A stretch of DNA of 64,000 bases from Macrostomum lignano (GCA_002269645.1 NIVC01001842.1:62001-126000), one strand, 5' to 3'; positions 1-18,665 are shown, numbered from the stretch's first letter. Notes: generated from the sequence alone by a model not told the origin. Numbers and translations are program-made.

Positions 1-701
1 ATCATTTTAGCACCGCAGGCAATCATTTTAGCGCCAGCAGGCAATCATTTTAGCGCCAGCAGGCAATCATTTTAGCGCCAGCAGGCAATCATTTTAGCGC
101 CAGCAGGCAATCATTTTAGCGCCAGCAGGCAATCATTTTAGCGCCAGCAGGCACTCATTTTAGCGCCAGCTGGCACTCATTTTAGCACCGCAGGCAATCA
201 TTTTAGCGCCAGCAGGCAATCATTTTAGCGCCAGCAGGCACTCATTGTAGCGCCAGCAGGCACTCATTTTAGCACCGCAGGCAATCATTTTAGCACCGCA
301 GGCAATCATTTTAGCGCCAGCAGGCAATCATTTTAGCGCCAGCAGGCACTCATTTTAGCGCCAGCAGGCACTCATTTTAGCGCCGCAGGCACTCATTTTA
401 GCGCCAGCAGGCAATCATTTTAGCGCCAGCAGGCACTCATTTTAGCGCCAGCTGGCACTCATTTTAGCACCGCAGGCAATCATTTTAGCGCCAGCAGGCA
501 ATCATTTTAGCGCCAGCAGGCACTCATTGTAGCGCCAGCAGGCACTCATTTTAGCACCGCAGGCAATCATTTTAGCACCGCAGGCAATCATTTTAGCGCC
601 AGCAGGCAATCATTTTAGCGCCAGCAGGCACTCATTTTAGCGCCAGCAGGCACTCATTTTAGCGCCAGCAGGCACTCATTTTAGCGCCAGCAGGCACTCA
701 T
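1..701. repeat. 21-22 bp minisatellite (ATCATTTTAGCGCCAGCAGGCA), runs off window start
   Basis: About 32 consecutive near-identical units. Confidence 0.95.
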
Positions 702-1699
702 GGACAAAAACCATATCCATAGACAAAAGCCATAGACAAAACCCATGGACCGCTCTGCATCGAAGAGGGGTCGGACCGGCCTTGACGCGGTTGAAATTCA
801 TGCAGTCGCTGCCAAAGACGACTCAGGAGCAAATGAAGCGACCTTTGAGAAGTTCTTGCGAGAAGTTCTTGCAGGGCAACACTGTAGTAGAAGATTGCGC
901 GAGTTTTAGTTGCGCAACTTCTGATGACGACTTTAAATCAATTCTGATCAGTGTTCCCACGTTTTTTAGTTTGTTTATTATCTACAAAACTTTTAAGAAA
1001 TCAATTTGACTTGCTGCACAAATATATCCAAAAAACTCCAAACAGACGCCCAATTCAAAGTAGTTTTAATCACAAAATAGGCGTGTGTGGGTATAGTTGT
1101 TTCCTATGTTTTGCACTATTGGCTCGTTTAAATTTCCAAGTCGCTTTTCACCGAAAAAAGTTTTCTATGGTTAAAACGCCATCAAATATACAACGTGGGG
1201 GGAGGGCGCTATCGATTTCCTACAGATGAAACCGCGCATCAGCGCTGGCTGTCTGCATTTGCCTAACGCTAATTACAGAAGCAGTCTGCATTTTTTAACA
1301 TTTGTTTGATTCTTGGATTATAATAACGTGTGAGCACGAGTGCGTAGCTTTCGGCAAATACTGCAGACGGATGTATGCGAAAATATCCGAAAATGTCCCC
1401 CTATTATATATTTGACATGTAAAACTTGAAAACTGCGAAATTAGTCTGGCTGTTTTGTGTTTTCGCCAGACTAATATCACTAATTAAAAATCCTTTGCCA
1501 AGCCGCCGGCGAAGCCTCTCAATCACCATCATTATTTCATCCGTCGGCTAATATACACATGTAAGTCCGTTTATTTAATGCACGCACTCGCTCTCCCAAA
1601 ATGACAATAGGCAGTAGCTTAGCCACATGTAACTTTTATAATTAGCCTAATCTAACACCAAAGCAGTCGACAATCCGTACCAGTACCCTCGAAATCCTG

Positions 1700-1771
1700 G
1701 AGCTCGTGGCGCAACGGTAGCGCGTCTGACTCCAGATCAGAAGGTTGCGTGTTCGAATCACGTCGGGCTTA
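1700..1771 (+). tRNA. tRNA-Trp (CCA)
   Basis: 72 nt GAGCTCGTGGCGCAACGGTAGCGCGTCTGACT-CCA-GATCAGAAGGTTGCGTGTTCGAATCACGTCGGGCTTA; canonical eukaryotic tRNA-Trp with A/B boxes and downstream T-run terminator. Confidence 0.95.
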
Positions 1772-2232
1772 AATAGTTTTTATCCTTACATTACAAGAAG
1801 TTTCTGCATAAAATAAAATAAAATTGAGAAACAGCTTTACGATGTTATTCTTATCAGATTTTTATTAAAGAATTTTTTTCAACAAATACAAATACTTTTT
1901 CTGTAGGGGCGATATGTTTAGAAAAAAATCGCTTGAAAAGGAAAACTTGCGTACTGCGTAGTGATAGTGTTATGAGCATATTTATATTTAAAGCATCTAT
2001 CTTTTTATTTATGCTTTCACTCTTAATGCAAAGAAGCAGAGAAAAGTTTCAATAAAAAACTCTATTGATAAATAAATCATAAGATTGGCTATTTGACAGG
2101 TTCAGACAAACTATATAATTACCGGCTGGTAGGCATGCCCTTTATATTTTACTTTCAGTAGAAAACTCAGATTTTTAAGTTCTTTAAACAAGCTCGAAAA
2201 GTCACATCGTTGAAAACTGATTTAACTCTTAA

Positions 2233-2347
2233 CAGCCACCATCACAAGCTCTGAAAATTATATCGTCGAAAAACAAGCTCCAAACCTAACCCTAACCTAA
2301 CCGGCTAACCCTAACCCTAGCCCTTAACGAGCTTGTGATGGTGGCTG
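2233..2347. mobile_element. 115-bp MITE-like element with 19-bp terminal inverted repeats and internal telomere-like CCCTAA repeats
   Basis: CAGCCACCATCACAAGCTC (2233-2251) is the exact reverse complement of GAGCTTGTGATGGTGGCTG (2329-2347); no clear TSD. Confidence 0.65.
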
Positions 2348-2551
2348 CTAGCTACTTTTCTTCGTCTTTAATACTTCTAGAGTATTTTCTAAAACTTCTT
2401 CGTCGAGTGAGTTTGCGAATTGCGCATGTACAGCGCAGGGTGATTTTCTGTTTTTTACAGTTACAGTTTGCGAGTAATTAACAGGCGTGATTGGCCTCGC
2501 CGCTTCAACGACTGTTAAAATAAAAATACAGGCTACTCCCATAAGCTGTTG

Positions 2552-2623
2552 GAGCTCGTGGCGCAACGGTAGCGCGTCTGACTCCAGATCAGAAGGTTGC
2601 GTGTTCGAATCACGTCGGGCTCA
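2552..2623 (+). tRNA. tRNA-Trp (CCA), second copy
   Basis: Identical to the 1700-1771 copy except penultimate base (CGGGCTCA), giving a G-C first pair; TTTTT terminator follows. Confidence 0.95.
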
Positions 2624-4204
2624 GATAATTTTTGCTAATTTAGTATTTTTTGCTTACAAATAAATTTGGTTGTTGACTCGTTAAACATGAATCCAAAGAT
2701 AACCAACGTTTTTTTTACGACAGAAGCGTTATGCTTTAATCTCAATATTCATAGAGCAGCTCGGAAACTATGGAGTACACTATATTGCCGATATGTTTCG
2801 TATAAAACCTAACCAAAATGTACAGCTACTCACCGTGATGCGACACTGCGTTTACATTACGATCGCATAAAAAAACAACGAACAGCCCGAACGACCAAAC
2901 ATCGAACGCTGTTTCTTGACTAGATGAGATTTGTACGCAATACATTAATATTAGAAGTATTGCTAAGCTTCAGATCCGAAACGAAATAGCCGATATGTTA
3001 TGTATGACAGTATATGACAGTATAAGTAGTACGCTTTAGAGCTAAAAAATCCACAAACTAAAAATAACGGCTAGCTTAATTTTACCAAAATAATTCTGTA
3101 TGCCTAACTATTTTTAAAGCCCCCCTTATACCCAATTGCATATAACAAATAATTTTTATCTTTGTCTTTCCAGTGTCAGCTGTTTTACATTGTACAACAC
3201 AAGAATACAATAATGTTACTTACTTGCTACTGTCATCGACAAGAAAAAAATAGTCAAAAAACGGAAAAAGTTCATTTGATTATCAGATAGGAAATTGCAT
3301 TTTTCTACAATGAAAGCAAGCTTGAGTGATTTTAAACAGATTTATTTTTTCTACCGATTTTTTGTAAAAATCAGCACAAAACAACGCATAGTATATGTGG
3401 ATGGTATGCAAATTAAATAGCTTCTCAGTAAATTCAAGGGCATCACACCAAAGAAACTGTGCCTTGGATTCTGGAATATGAGGGCAGCGCTTGGCATATA
3501 AAAGCATCAACTCACAACACAACAAAAGCATTGTCGCATCCGTGCTTGTGTACAATAAATATCAATTATTTTTTGTTCAAGACATTTTCACATAAAAAAT
3601 GAAAAGAAAAAATTTACACAAAATCGAACAAAAGTACATATTATAACATTATTTGTTACACCAATAATCCACCTTTAGCATCTAGTTACTTTATTTTTTA
3701 GTAAGCATAGAATAAAATTCAAATCAAGCGCAGTGATTTTTCAATTACTATTATTTAGAAAACACAGTAGAAACTAACAACGATAAAATCAATTTCAACA
3801 CACTATCAGTGTCACCTAGGTAAGCTACTCAAAGTAGCACTGGTTGACTAGGCCGACGCAAAAATAGGATTCGAGAATCAAATTTGATGATATCAATAAC
3901 CAATTTAATTTGCAAGAATATCAGCTTTAAATGAACAAACTACAAGTCTCCAGCAAATATACGCTTTAATGTGTACCGCACAGTCACTGTGGATTGTGTA
4001 TGATAGAAAGCCGGACAGTGAACTGCCCGAATTCGAGATCTCAAGTCCGTGGTCAGTGGTTCGAATCCGTAACGTAGTTTTATAACTCAGTTCATAGACG
4101 AATCGTTTGTCTCCACGGTAGTTCTGTGCACTGCCAACCGAGAGATGGGAAAGCAGTAAATTTATATTTCATCACAATTTACTAAAGTGCGCCTGGACGT
4201 CAAA

Positions 4205-5445
4205 TTCTCACCCAGACATCCAAAGCATCAAAATCTCACCCAAAGACATCTCAAACATCTAAATCTCACCCATAGACATCTCAAACATCTAAATCTCACC
4301 CATAGGCACCTCAAACATCTAAATCTTACCCATTGACATCTCAAACATCTAAATCTCACCCATAGACATCTCAAACATCTAAATCTCACCCATAGGCACC
4401 TCAAACATCTAAATCTTACCCATTGACATCTCAAACATCTAAATCTCACCCATAGACACCTCAAACATCTAAATCTCACCCATAGGCACCTCAAACATCT
4501 AAATCTCACCCATAGACACCTCAAACATCTAAATCTCACCCATAGACATCTCAAACATCTAAATCTCACCCATAGACATCTCAAACATCTAAATCTCACC
4601 CATAGACACCTCAAACATCTAAATCTCACCCATAGACATCTCAAACATCTAAATCTCACCCATAGACACCTCAAACATCTAAATCTCACCCATAGACACC
4701 TCAAACATCTAAATCTCACCCATAGACATCTCAAACATCTAAATCTCACCCATAGACACCTAAAACATCTAAATCTCACCCATAGACACCTCAAACATCT
4801 AAATCTCACCCATAGACACCTCAAACATCTAAATCTCACCCATAGACATCTCAAACATCTAAATCTCACCCATAGACACCTAAAACATCTAAATCTCACC
4901 CATAGACATCTCAAACATCTAAATCTCACCCATAGACATCTCAAACATCTAAATCTCACCCATAGACATCTCAAACATCTAAATCTCACCCATAGGCACC
5001 TCAAACATCTAAATCTTACCCATTGACATCTCAAACATCTAAATCTCACCCATAGACACCTCAAACATCTAAATCTCACCCATAGGCACCTCAAACATCT
5101 AAATCTCACCCATAGACACTCAAACATCTAAATCTCACCCATAGACACCTCAAACATCTAAATCTCACCCATAGACACCTCAAACATCTAAATCTCACCC
5201 ATAGACACCTCAAACATCTAAATCTCACCCATAGACACTCAAACATCTAAATCTCACCCATAGACATCTCAAACATCTAAATCTCACCCATAGACACCTC
5301 AAACATCTAAATCTCACCCATAGACTAAACATCTAAATCTCACCCATAGACACCTCAAACATCTAAATCTCACCCATAGACACCTCAAACATCTAAATCT
5401 CACCCATAGACATCAAACATCTAAATCACCCATAATAGCACCTCA
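4205..5445. repeat. 30-bp minisatellite (AAATCTCACCCATAGACATCTCAAACATCT) downstream of JNK
   Basis: About 40 units in phase with the 10-nt print columns; source of spurious ORF 4228-5127. Confidence 0.95.
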
Positions 5446-5502
5446 AACCCATAGACACCTCCATTAACAAGCAGGTAATAAACTCAGAAGATTGTAAGTC
5501 AA

Positions 5503-11565
<6,063 letters not shown>

Positions 11566-14452
11566 TCAAATCAAAAAGTAAAATTTTTATTTCCATGGGA
11601 TAAGTCTATTTGGATTAAGTAAAATAATCTATATAATAAGTACACATTTTTTATCTACATATATGCTAGGTCATAGCCAAAGTAGTCTAGTGCAATGCTC
11701 TTATATGCTAGCAAACCAGGCCTAAATCCAAGTGCAGTCATATTAGTTTAGGGTAAATTGAAATCTTGATTTGTCTGCTTGTGCAATTAATAACCTTGGG
11801 AGAAAACCTTTAAGGCACAATAAAGCACCATGCCTAACAATAAATAAAGTTAGGTTAGGGCCACTATATACTTGTATTATAGAGCTAAATATGACTACAT
11901 GTGTATCTTCATACTTAATATATCTTATCTACTTATGGTAGTCAATAAAATGGGTAGTAATGCCTCTTACTAGTTGTGTATCAATGTTGCTTAAAAAGTG
12001 ATGTTGCTCTAGTCTAGCATTTGGGTTTATAATTATAGGCCTAATATTTTTAAGAAAAAAATAAAAATTTTAACTTTAGGAAAAGTTATCCCATTGAAAG
12101 TTATGTAGGGCCTATATATAAAAATAATTAGGTTAAAAAAGGTTCTACTACTTTCTAGAAGTGAATAGGCATAGATAGATAGGCTTATTGATTAGGCCTA
12201 TTATATAATAAATATTAGGAGGCCTATATATATAGGCCTATTGCAATACCTAAACCATTCTAGCTAAGCCCCTAGGTGGCAAGATACCTAAGCAAGATAT
12301 AGTATAATTTAATGAACATAAAACATTTAAGTTTTGTTAAGTTCTTAGCCTAGGCTTAATAAAGTTTAAAGCTTAGGCCTATAATAAAATAACTCAACCT
12401 AAGTCTAAAATTAAAAATTGAATATTGGCTCAGATGGCATCAAAATTTTTGGTTGGATCAAATCAGGATAATAAAATAAGTTTTCTAATTTTTCTAGAGA
12501 TTCTAGGGAGGGATTCTAGACTTCGGGTCAAGAATCCTAGGCCTACCTCTAGCTAGTCAACTATACTAAACACTAGTTGAGAAGGTGGGGGGAAGGTTTG
12601 GCCAGCCACCCTAGGCCAAGCCATGTCGCATGCCATTCATCTAGCCTACCTAGTTTTAGAAGTAGAAGACTATAGGCCTAACTATTGTATTGAAAATTGC
12701 AAAAACGTTTGCTAAAAAGATGGTCAATTAATTAATGAAAAACTGAAAAAGAAGCAAGCAATGTCGATTGCGTTACAAGTTACAGACGAGATCGTTTAAT
12801 GAATGTCTGATTTGAAGAACTGTCCCTGTGGGCCTGTGGCTTTCGTCTGTCGCTGTCGGTAGTCGGTCTGACTGACGGCCAGGAAACCCACACTGCCACA
12901 CGACACATTTAGGGTAGCCGGGAGGCCCGAGGACAGTGATTAAGACGTTAGTAGTATAGTATTATTAGTATAGGAACAAGTGGCTCAGGCAAAATAGCTT
13001 GTTTAGCCAATACGAAAAGCTTGTAAGAGTACTGTCACTGAATATTTTTTTAAAGTATGATCGATCAGAGTAGCAAAGAACATTTTCTATGAAATTAATC
13101 AAAATTCAATCTAGATCTAGTTCAAATTTTCGCCAAAAAGTGCATTGTTAAACAAGTTAAACATCCTTTTAATTTTAAAATACATTTTTTTGAATATCAG
13201 CTCAAAAACAAGCTCAAAATCGTTTGCCATCTGTTACAGTCTCGTTCAAAGTTCTTTGTGTCGGATCACTTTTCACTTTGAGTCTATTCTGGTTTTCAGT
13301 AGACTGCAGTTGCAGGGGTTGCCATTTGCCAATGCCAAATACATTTCGGGGGAAGAGATTACGAGCTTACTTGATTTGATTGGTTCGCCCAGCTGACCAA
13401 CGTTATTAAAAAAATTAATAGGCGACAGTCAACACAGCAGGCGATCAACTAGAAACCAAATCGATATAAATGGCACTTAATTTGAAAAACTCTTAACTTG
13501 AAAATTTTGTAATCGAAATCGCGCATGAAATGATGCAAACACTGGCCAGTTCAGAAGGAAATTTTCGTTTAAGCGCTGTTACTATCTCAGAATATCAGAA
13601 CCAGAACCAGAATCAAATCCCTGTACCGCTCTACTAGGTCCTCATAAGAAATTATAGTTACATGTATAGTTCAAGAGAGGATCTTTTGGTGACTCAGTCA
13701 CAACAAAATTATGCAATCCCCCTTTTAACAGAAGGAAGTAGTTCTATAGAGAGCAAGCAGGGACAACTAAAACTTTTAATTTTAAAACTTTTAGCTGCCA
13801 GGCTGCAGCTACATGTATTATGCGCTTCGGTGCCAGCAGCAGAGGAGCTTGGAGTTGTTGCATGCGTGCAGTGCATCACAAATTTGTACTTCTGTAAACC
13901 ATATCTTTTGTACTTGGTGGTCTGCACTCACCAGCAATACAAACTGCAGTGCATGGCCCTTCTTGCAACAACCATTGCAGGAGCAGAGAGCCATTTTTTG
14001 CAATTTATTTTGTCTCTCGAAAATCAGCAGAAATGAAAAACAAATAACATTGAATAAGAAAATTGAAATTGTCAAATAATCGTGCAAAATTAAATACATG
14101 TACATGCAATTGCATCGATCAGTGCAGAAAATAAAATGAAGAATGCCCAAGAACTATACTCAAGTATGAATAAGACAGGACAACTACAGCAGGTCTCTTG
14201 GAACTTTTTAGGGGGCAGGTTTACCGAAAAAAATACATTACGGAACATGGAGGCTTTCATTTTTCAGTACAAAAATTGTTATTAATGCTTTTGATATAGG
14301 AGGCAGACCCAACGTTTTATGATAAAGCAATAACAATTTTTGTGCTGAAAAAGCGAAAACCTCAATTTTCCGTGACGTATTTTTTGCCTCCAATTTTTTT
14401 TCCAAGAAATGTATAGTTTCCATCCCATCCTTCCACACTTAAGTAGCCATTG

Positions 14453-17400
14453 TTAATACCGGACTTCTGAAGCAGCGGCAGTGCGACCAGCTGGACACCG
14501 CAGGTAAAGGAAATCGCTCGCCTTTGCAAAGCCGCCAGAACGCCCTGGCTCGCTAATTCCCAAACTCGCGCGTTTTTCATTATGGACCCGTTCGGCAGAT
14601 CCGGCGGCTGATTGCTTCGGCTCGAACTTCTGGCGCAATCGGAGAGCTCCGAATTTCGGTCGGGTCGGACCGGTGCGCTGATTGCCAATTAGCAGGTTAG
14701 CGTGGTCTGGCACCGACTCTGATAGGAATAAGCAGCAAGTCGTTTGCTGCCCATCCGATTGGGTAGCAATCAAATTTTGCTGCTTCCGACTTTGATAGAC
14801 AGGAAAGTGCTGCTGCATCAGTGCGTCCATAGTCTGCGTGTGTAGATGGGCATTTGGGATTGTATCTCACAGTTGATATTCTCATCAACCTGGTTTACAC
14901 TGACATCTACCAACAGATACATGTACGAAATCCGAAAATCAACATTGTGTAAGTAACGACGCGTTTCGCAATCCTAGGTGCATCTTCAGGTTTATTTTTT
15001 CTTGTACTTGGATTCCCTCATCAAGCCTTGCCTCTCGTCCAATTTCTCTACAAAATCTAACAGTGAATTTCTCCATGATCTTCAACAATTTAGTGTCGAT
15101 ACGCCTTGTTCTGACACGCTCTGTAGCTTTGATGTGGTTTCTCTTTTCACCAACATCCCCCTTGATCTTGCTGTCGACCTGGCTACTGAACTGGTTTATA
15201 AAGCCAACCCTCCCTCCATGACCAAGACCTCCTTCAAAAAACTCCTCCGTTTCGCGACCTCTGGCATTTTCTGTTCGATAATAAATACTACCGGCAAATT
15301 GATGGATGTGCCATGGGCAGCCCCCTGGCCCCCACTCTGGCCGAGGTCTGTCTGTCCCACTGGGAAACCAACAACTGGATGTCTCTCGATTGTGCCCCCA
15401 AATTCTACAGGCGGTATGTTGACGACACTTTCGTTATTTTCGACAACAGCACCAAAATCGAGTCCTTCCTTCAAGCTCTCAACTCTACTCATCCTAACAT
15501 CAAATTCACCCTTGAAAAGGCTACTGACCAAAAGCTTCCATTCTTAGACCTAGACATTGACCTTAGCAGTGGAACTCTTTCCACTAAAGTCTTTCGAAAA
15601 AAAAACGTTCACCAACCTGATCCTAAACTTCCACGCTTTGTGCCCTAAAAATTTGAAATCTGGCCTCATCAGATGCATGCTCCATAGAGCTTTCATTGTC
15701 TGCAACACCTGGGCCAACTTTGACCAGGAATTAAGATCTCTCACCAAACTGTTTCGTCAAAACGGCTATTCGCAAGATTTCATCTATAGCATCACTCACA
15801 AGTTCATCTCTGAAAAAGGTTACCAAACAGCAAATCGCCAAAAATGACCACAAAGATCCCATTCTTGTCCTTCCTTTCTTTGGACATCATTCTCTTCACT
15901 TCAAAAGCAAAATCAAGAAACTGTTTCACCAATCGCTTAACTGTAACATCATAGTTGTTTTTCGGACTGCCACAGTCGGTGATTTCGTTGGCCGGTTAAA
16001 ATCGCGTGTCCCCGTGCTCTGCGTGCTGGTGTCGTCTATCAATTCAACTGCTCTGTTGACCAGAGCGTCTCCTACGTGGGGAAAACCAAAAGACACCTAC
16101 ACACCAGAACCAGGGAGCACTGGCTCAAACCGTCTGCTATACAAGATCACTTACTGCATTGTAGTAGCTGCTCTAACTGCATCCCAAACGAGCACTTTAA
16201 AATCATTGACCAATGTCAGTCGGACTTCAAACTTAGAATTCTTGAGGCCATGCACATTAAAGCCCAGTCACCCAGCCTAAACACACAACTCCAATATAGT
16301 GGTGCGGGTCACCTACTCCGTGTCTTTTGATGAGAGAGAGTACTGGGTGTACATTCTTTCCGCCCCGGACTTCACTCTGCCGTACGGACTAACTCATGTG
16401 TTCTCCAATATCGATTTGTTCAAAAAATTTTCTACTTTTTCTTGTTCACCTACAACCAACTCCATATATTTATTCGCAAAACCTGTTCAATTTCGTTGTT
16501 GAAAAAATAAACCTGAAGATGCACCTAGGAGTGCGAAACGCGTCGTTACTTACACAATGTTGATTTTCGGATTCATTTTCCTTTTACTAGCCAAGCGAGC
16601 TACACTACCCGATGTACGCAATCATACACGTACAAAACCCAAGTCATCTAATAATATGTAATTATAGCAATCCTTAATTCACCTCAAGCCCAATTAGCAG
16701 GCATCTCAAACTCTGCTCTGCATCAATCTTAGCCGTTTTGCACTCACCATGATGCTCTTAATAGTGGCGCCTTGAATGAAAATCTTGGCAAATTTTACCC
16801 AACCAGCTGAGCCTCTTCGCTTTCTTAACAACGCGGACCGTTTTAATTCCACAGCGCACTGCATTAGCCTGGCCAGTTTGCGTAGTTTTACAGCTTGATT
16901 TGAGAACATCTGCACTACAGCGTCTGACAGTGGCAGCAGAAATGTTAAACCGTATGGCTTGAATGGCAGCCATTCGTCCAGAGCAGATATTCGAAGTCCA
17001 TTTTTTGGCAATGAAATGCACTGCTTCTCGTCAATATCACGGGAGCCTATATTGTTAAGAATTCGAGTTAGGAGAAGGGTAAGTTTATGTGTACTTAGTA
17101 CCAAACGGTGGGGAAACTTAGTTGCACAGTTGCAGAGGGGTGGAAAGGTAAAGGAGCTTGAAATAAGATGGTTGCGCAGAGGCAGGGGAAGGAGAAGGAA
17201 TGGGATGAGGTGGATGCGCAGAGGCAGGGGGAGGGGAAGGAATTGATTGAGGTGGTTGCGCGGAGGAGGGAGAAGGGGAAGGAATGGATTGAGGTGGGTG
17301 CACGGAGGCGGGGGAAGGAATGGAGGGGTGGGTGCAGAGAGGCATAGGAAGGAATTGAGGGGTGGGTGCAGAGAGGCGTAGGAGGGAATGGAGGGGTGGG

Positions 17401-17797
17401 TGCAGAGAGGCGTAGGAAGGAATGGAGGGGTTGGGTGCAGAGAGGCGTAGGAGGGAATGGAGGGGTGGGTGCAGAGAGGCGTAGGAAGGAATGGAGGGGT
17501 GGGTGCAGAGAGGCGTAGGAAGGAATGGAGGGAGGTGAATGCTCAGAAGCGGGGGAAGGAATAGAGGGAGTTGGCTGCAAGGTGGCAAGGTGACTTTATT
17601 GTCATGGATCTCTTGATTGACTCACCTGTCGAACGAAACCAGTCTGAATGAGGAAAATGACCACCAAGAGCCGACGGGCCCTCGAGCTCCAGATGTTCAA
17701 GTTGTGTGGCTCGTCCGGAATTTCTTAGCGCAATCATTCGCTCAAGGTGCAACGCCGCCTGCTGGCCGACCTCATGGCGTTCGGATTCGGTCGGCAT
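14453..17797 (-). CDS. Hypothetical 3-exon protein, ~283 aa, no recognisable family
   Basis: complement(join(17626..17797,16748..17046,14453..14833)); donors CAG|GTGAGT and ATG|GTGAGT, acceptors ATAG and ACGCAG, phases 1 and 0 match, no stops; last exon choice uncertain (alternative acceptor near 14890 gives VDENINCEIQSQMPIYTRRLWTH*). Confidence 0.5.
14955..14992 (-). ncRNA. Minimal type I hammerhead ribozyme-like motif (inverted copy, one stem II mismatch)
   Basis: Reverse strand reads AAC-CUGAAGA-U-GCACCUAGGAUUGC-GAAACGCGUC-GUU. Confidence 0.55.
16510..16547 (+). ncRNA. Minimal type I hammerhead ribozyme-like motif in Penelope 3' end
   Basis: AAC-CUGAAGA-U-[GCAC CUAGGA GUGC]-GAAA-CGC-GUC^GUU: CUGANGA/GAAA core, 4-bp stem II, palindromic ACGCGU stem III, 3-bp stem I; PLE-associated minimal HHRs are established. 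Confidence 0.7.
17160..17570. repeat. 34-bp purine/G-rich minisatellite (GGAAGGAATGGAGGGGTGGGTGCAGAGAGGCGTA)
   Basis: Direct inspection; lies in intron 1 of the orphan gene. Confidence 0.9.
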
Positions 17798-18029
17798 GGC
17801 TGCTTGTTTGAAAACTTTGCTTCGAACTGCTATGATGAGGTTCTCCTACGTGCTGTAGTCTATTCATATTTAATAGAATAAATGGCTCTGGACTTTGCCC
17901 ATAGACAGTTTACCAGACTTCCACTAAATCAAATAATTCCTATCGGCTATAGGATTGCTACTGTTAGTAGCTTGTAAAACATATAATGTGTAAAGCATTT
18001 TGCATTGGTGGCAGACTACTGCTATCACT

Positions 18030-18400
18030 GCGGATAGTAAGTTTGGCCACAGATTATAGTGGTCACCGCGGATAATGAGTTTGGTCACAGACTATAGTGG
18101 TCACTGCGGATAGTGAGTTTGGTCACAGATTATAGTGGTCACTGCGGATAATGAGTTTGGTCACAGATTATAGTGGTCACTGCGGATAGTAAGTTTGGCC
18201 ACAGATTATAGTGGTCACCGCGGATAATGAGTTTGGTCACAGACTATAGTGGTCACTGCGGATAGTGAGTTTGGTCACAGATTATAGTGGTCACTGCGGA
18301 TAGTGAGTTTGGTCACAGACTATAGTGGTCACTGCGGATAATGAGTTTGGTCACAGATTATAGTGGTCACTGCGGATAATGAGTTTGGTCCCAGACTATA
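18030..18400. repeat. 38-bp minisatellite (TTATAGTGGTCACTGCGGATAATGAGTTTGGTCACAGA)
   Basis: About 9-10 units. Confidence 0.92.
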
Positions 18401-18458
18401 GTGTCCATTGTACAGCTGAGTGACCTGAAGCAATGCAGAATGATCAATCAAGGACAAA

Positions 18459-18540
18459 GGGTCGAGAAGAATCGAACCCCAGACCTTTCAGTCGTGAGTC
18501 TGACGCCCTAACCACCAGCTAGGCTACTGAGCTACTGCCC
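18459..18540 (-). pseudogene. Degenerate tRNA / tRNA-derived SINE head (Lys/Met-like)
   Basis: Minus strand GGGCAGTAGCTCAG...GGTGGTTAGGGCGTCAGACTCACGACTGAAAGGTCTGGGGTTCGATTCTTCTCGACCC; A and B boxes present, anticodon arm one base short, D-loop insertion. Confidence 0.55.
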
Positions 18541-18626
18541 AATAGAAACTCTGCACTTATTGACTTCGCAACCTCCTCTAGCTCGTACATGCGCACGAAG
18601 ATAGCAAAATATCCTAAATTGTTTCT

Positions 18627-18665
18627 ACCGACGCGTTTCGGACCAACAATGGCCATCTTCAGGGT
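18627..18665 (-). ncRNA. Minimal hammerhead ribozyme-like motif (left arm)
   Basis: Reverse complement of 19598-19636. Confidence 0.6.

Larger units (their letters stand above)
14929..16573 (+). mobile_element. Penelope-like retroelement (5'-truncated, frameshifted RT + GIY-YIG endonuclease) with 73-bp inverted terminal copy
   Basis: SFDVVSLFTNIP, MGSPLAP, YRRYVDD, LPFLD, then GKTKRHLHTRTREH...SGAGHLLRVF* (stop 16330) across several frames; 14929-15001 is reverse complement of 16501-16573 with one mismatch. Confidence 0.93.

Noticed and set aside
745-1009. Short ORFs after the first array (e.g. MDRSASKRGRTGLDAVEIH..., 54 aa)
   Set aside because: No recognisable homology or convincing splice partners
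4000-4075. GGTTCGAATCC B-box (4058-4068) as a tRNA gene
   Set aside because: No clear A box or cloverleaf; at most a SINE or tRNA remnant
13145-14438. Several 66-124 aa ORFs between JNK and the orphan gene
   Set aside because: Overlapping on both strands, no motifs, AT-rich intergenic/UTR character
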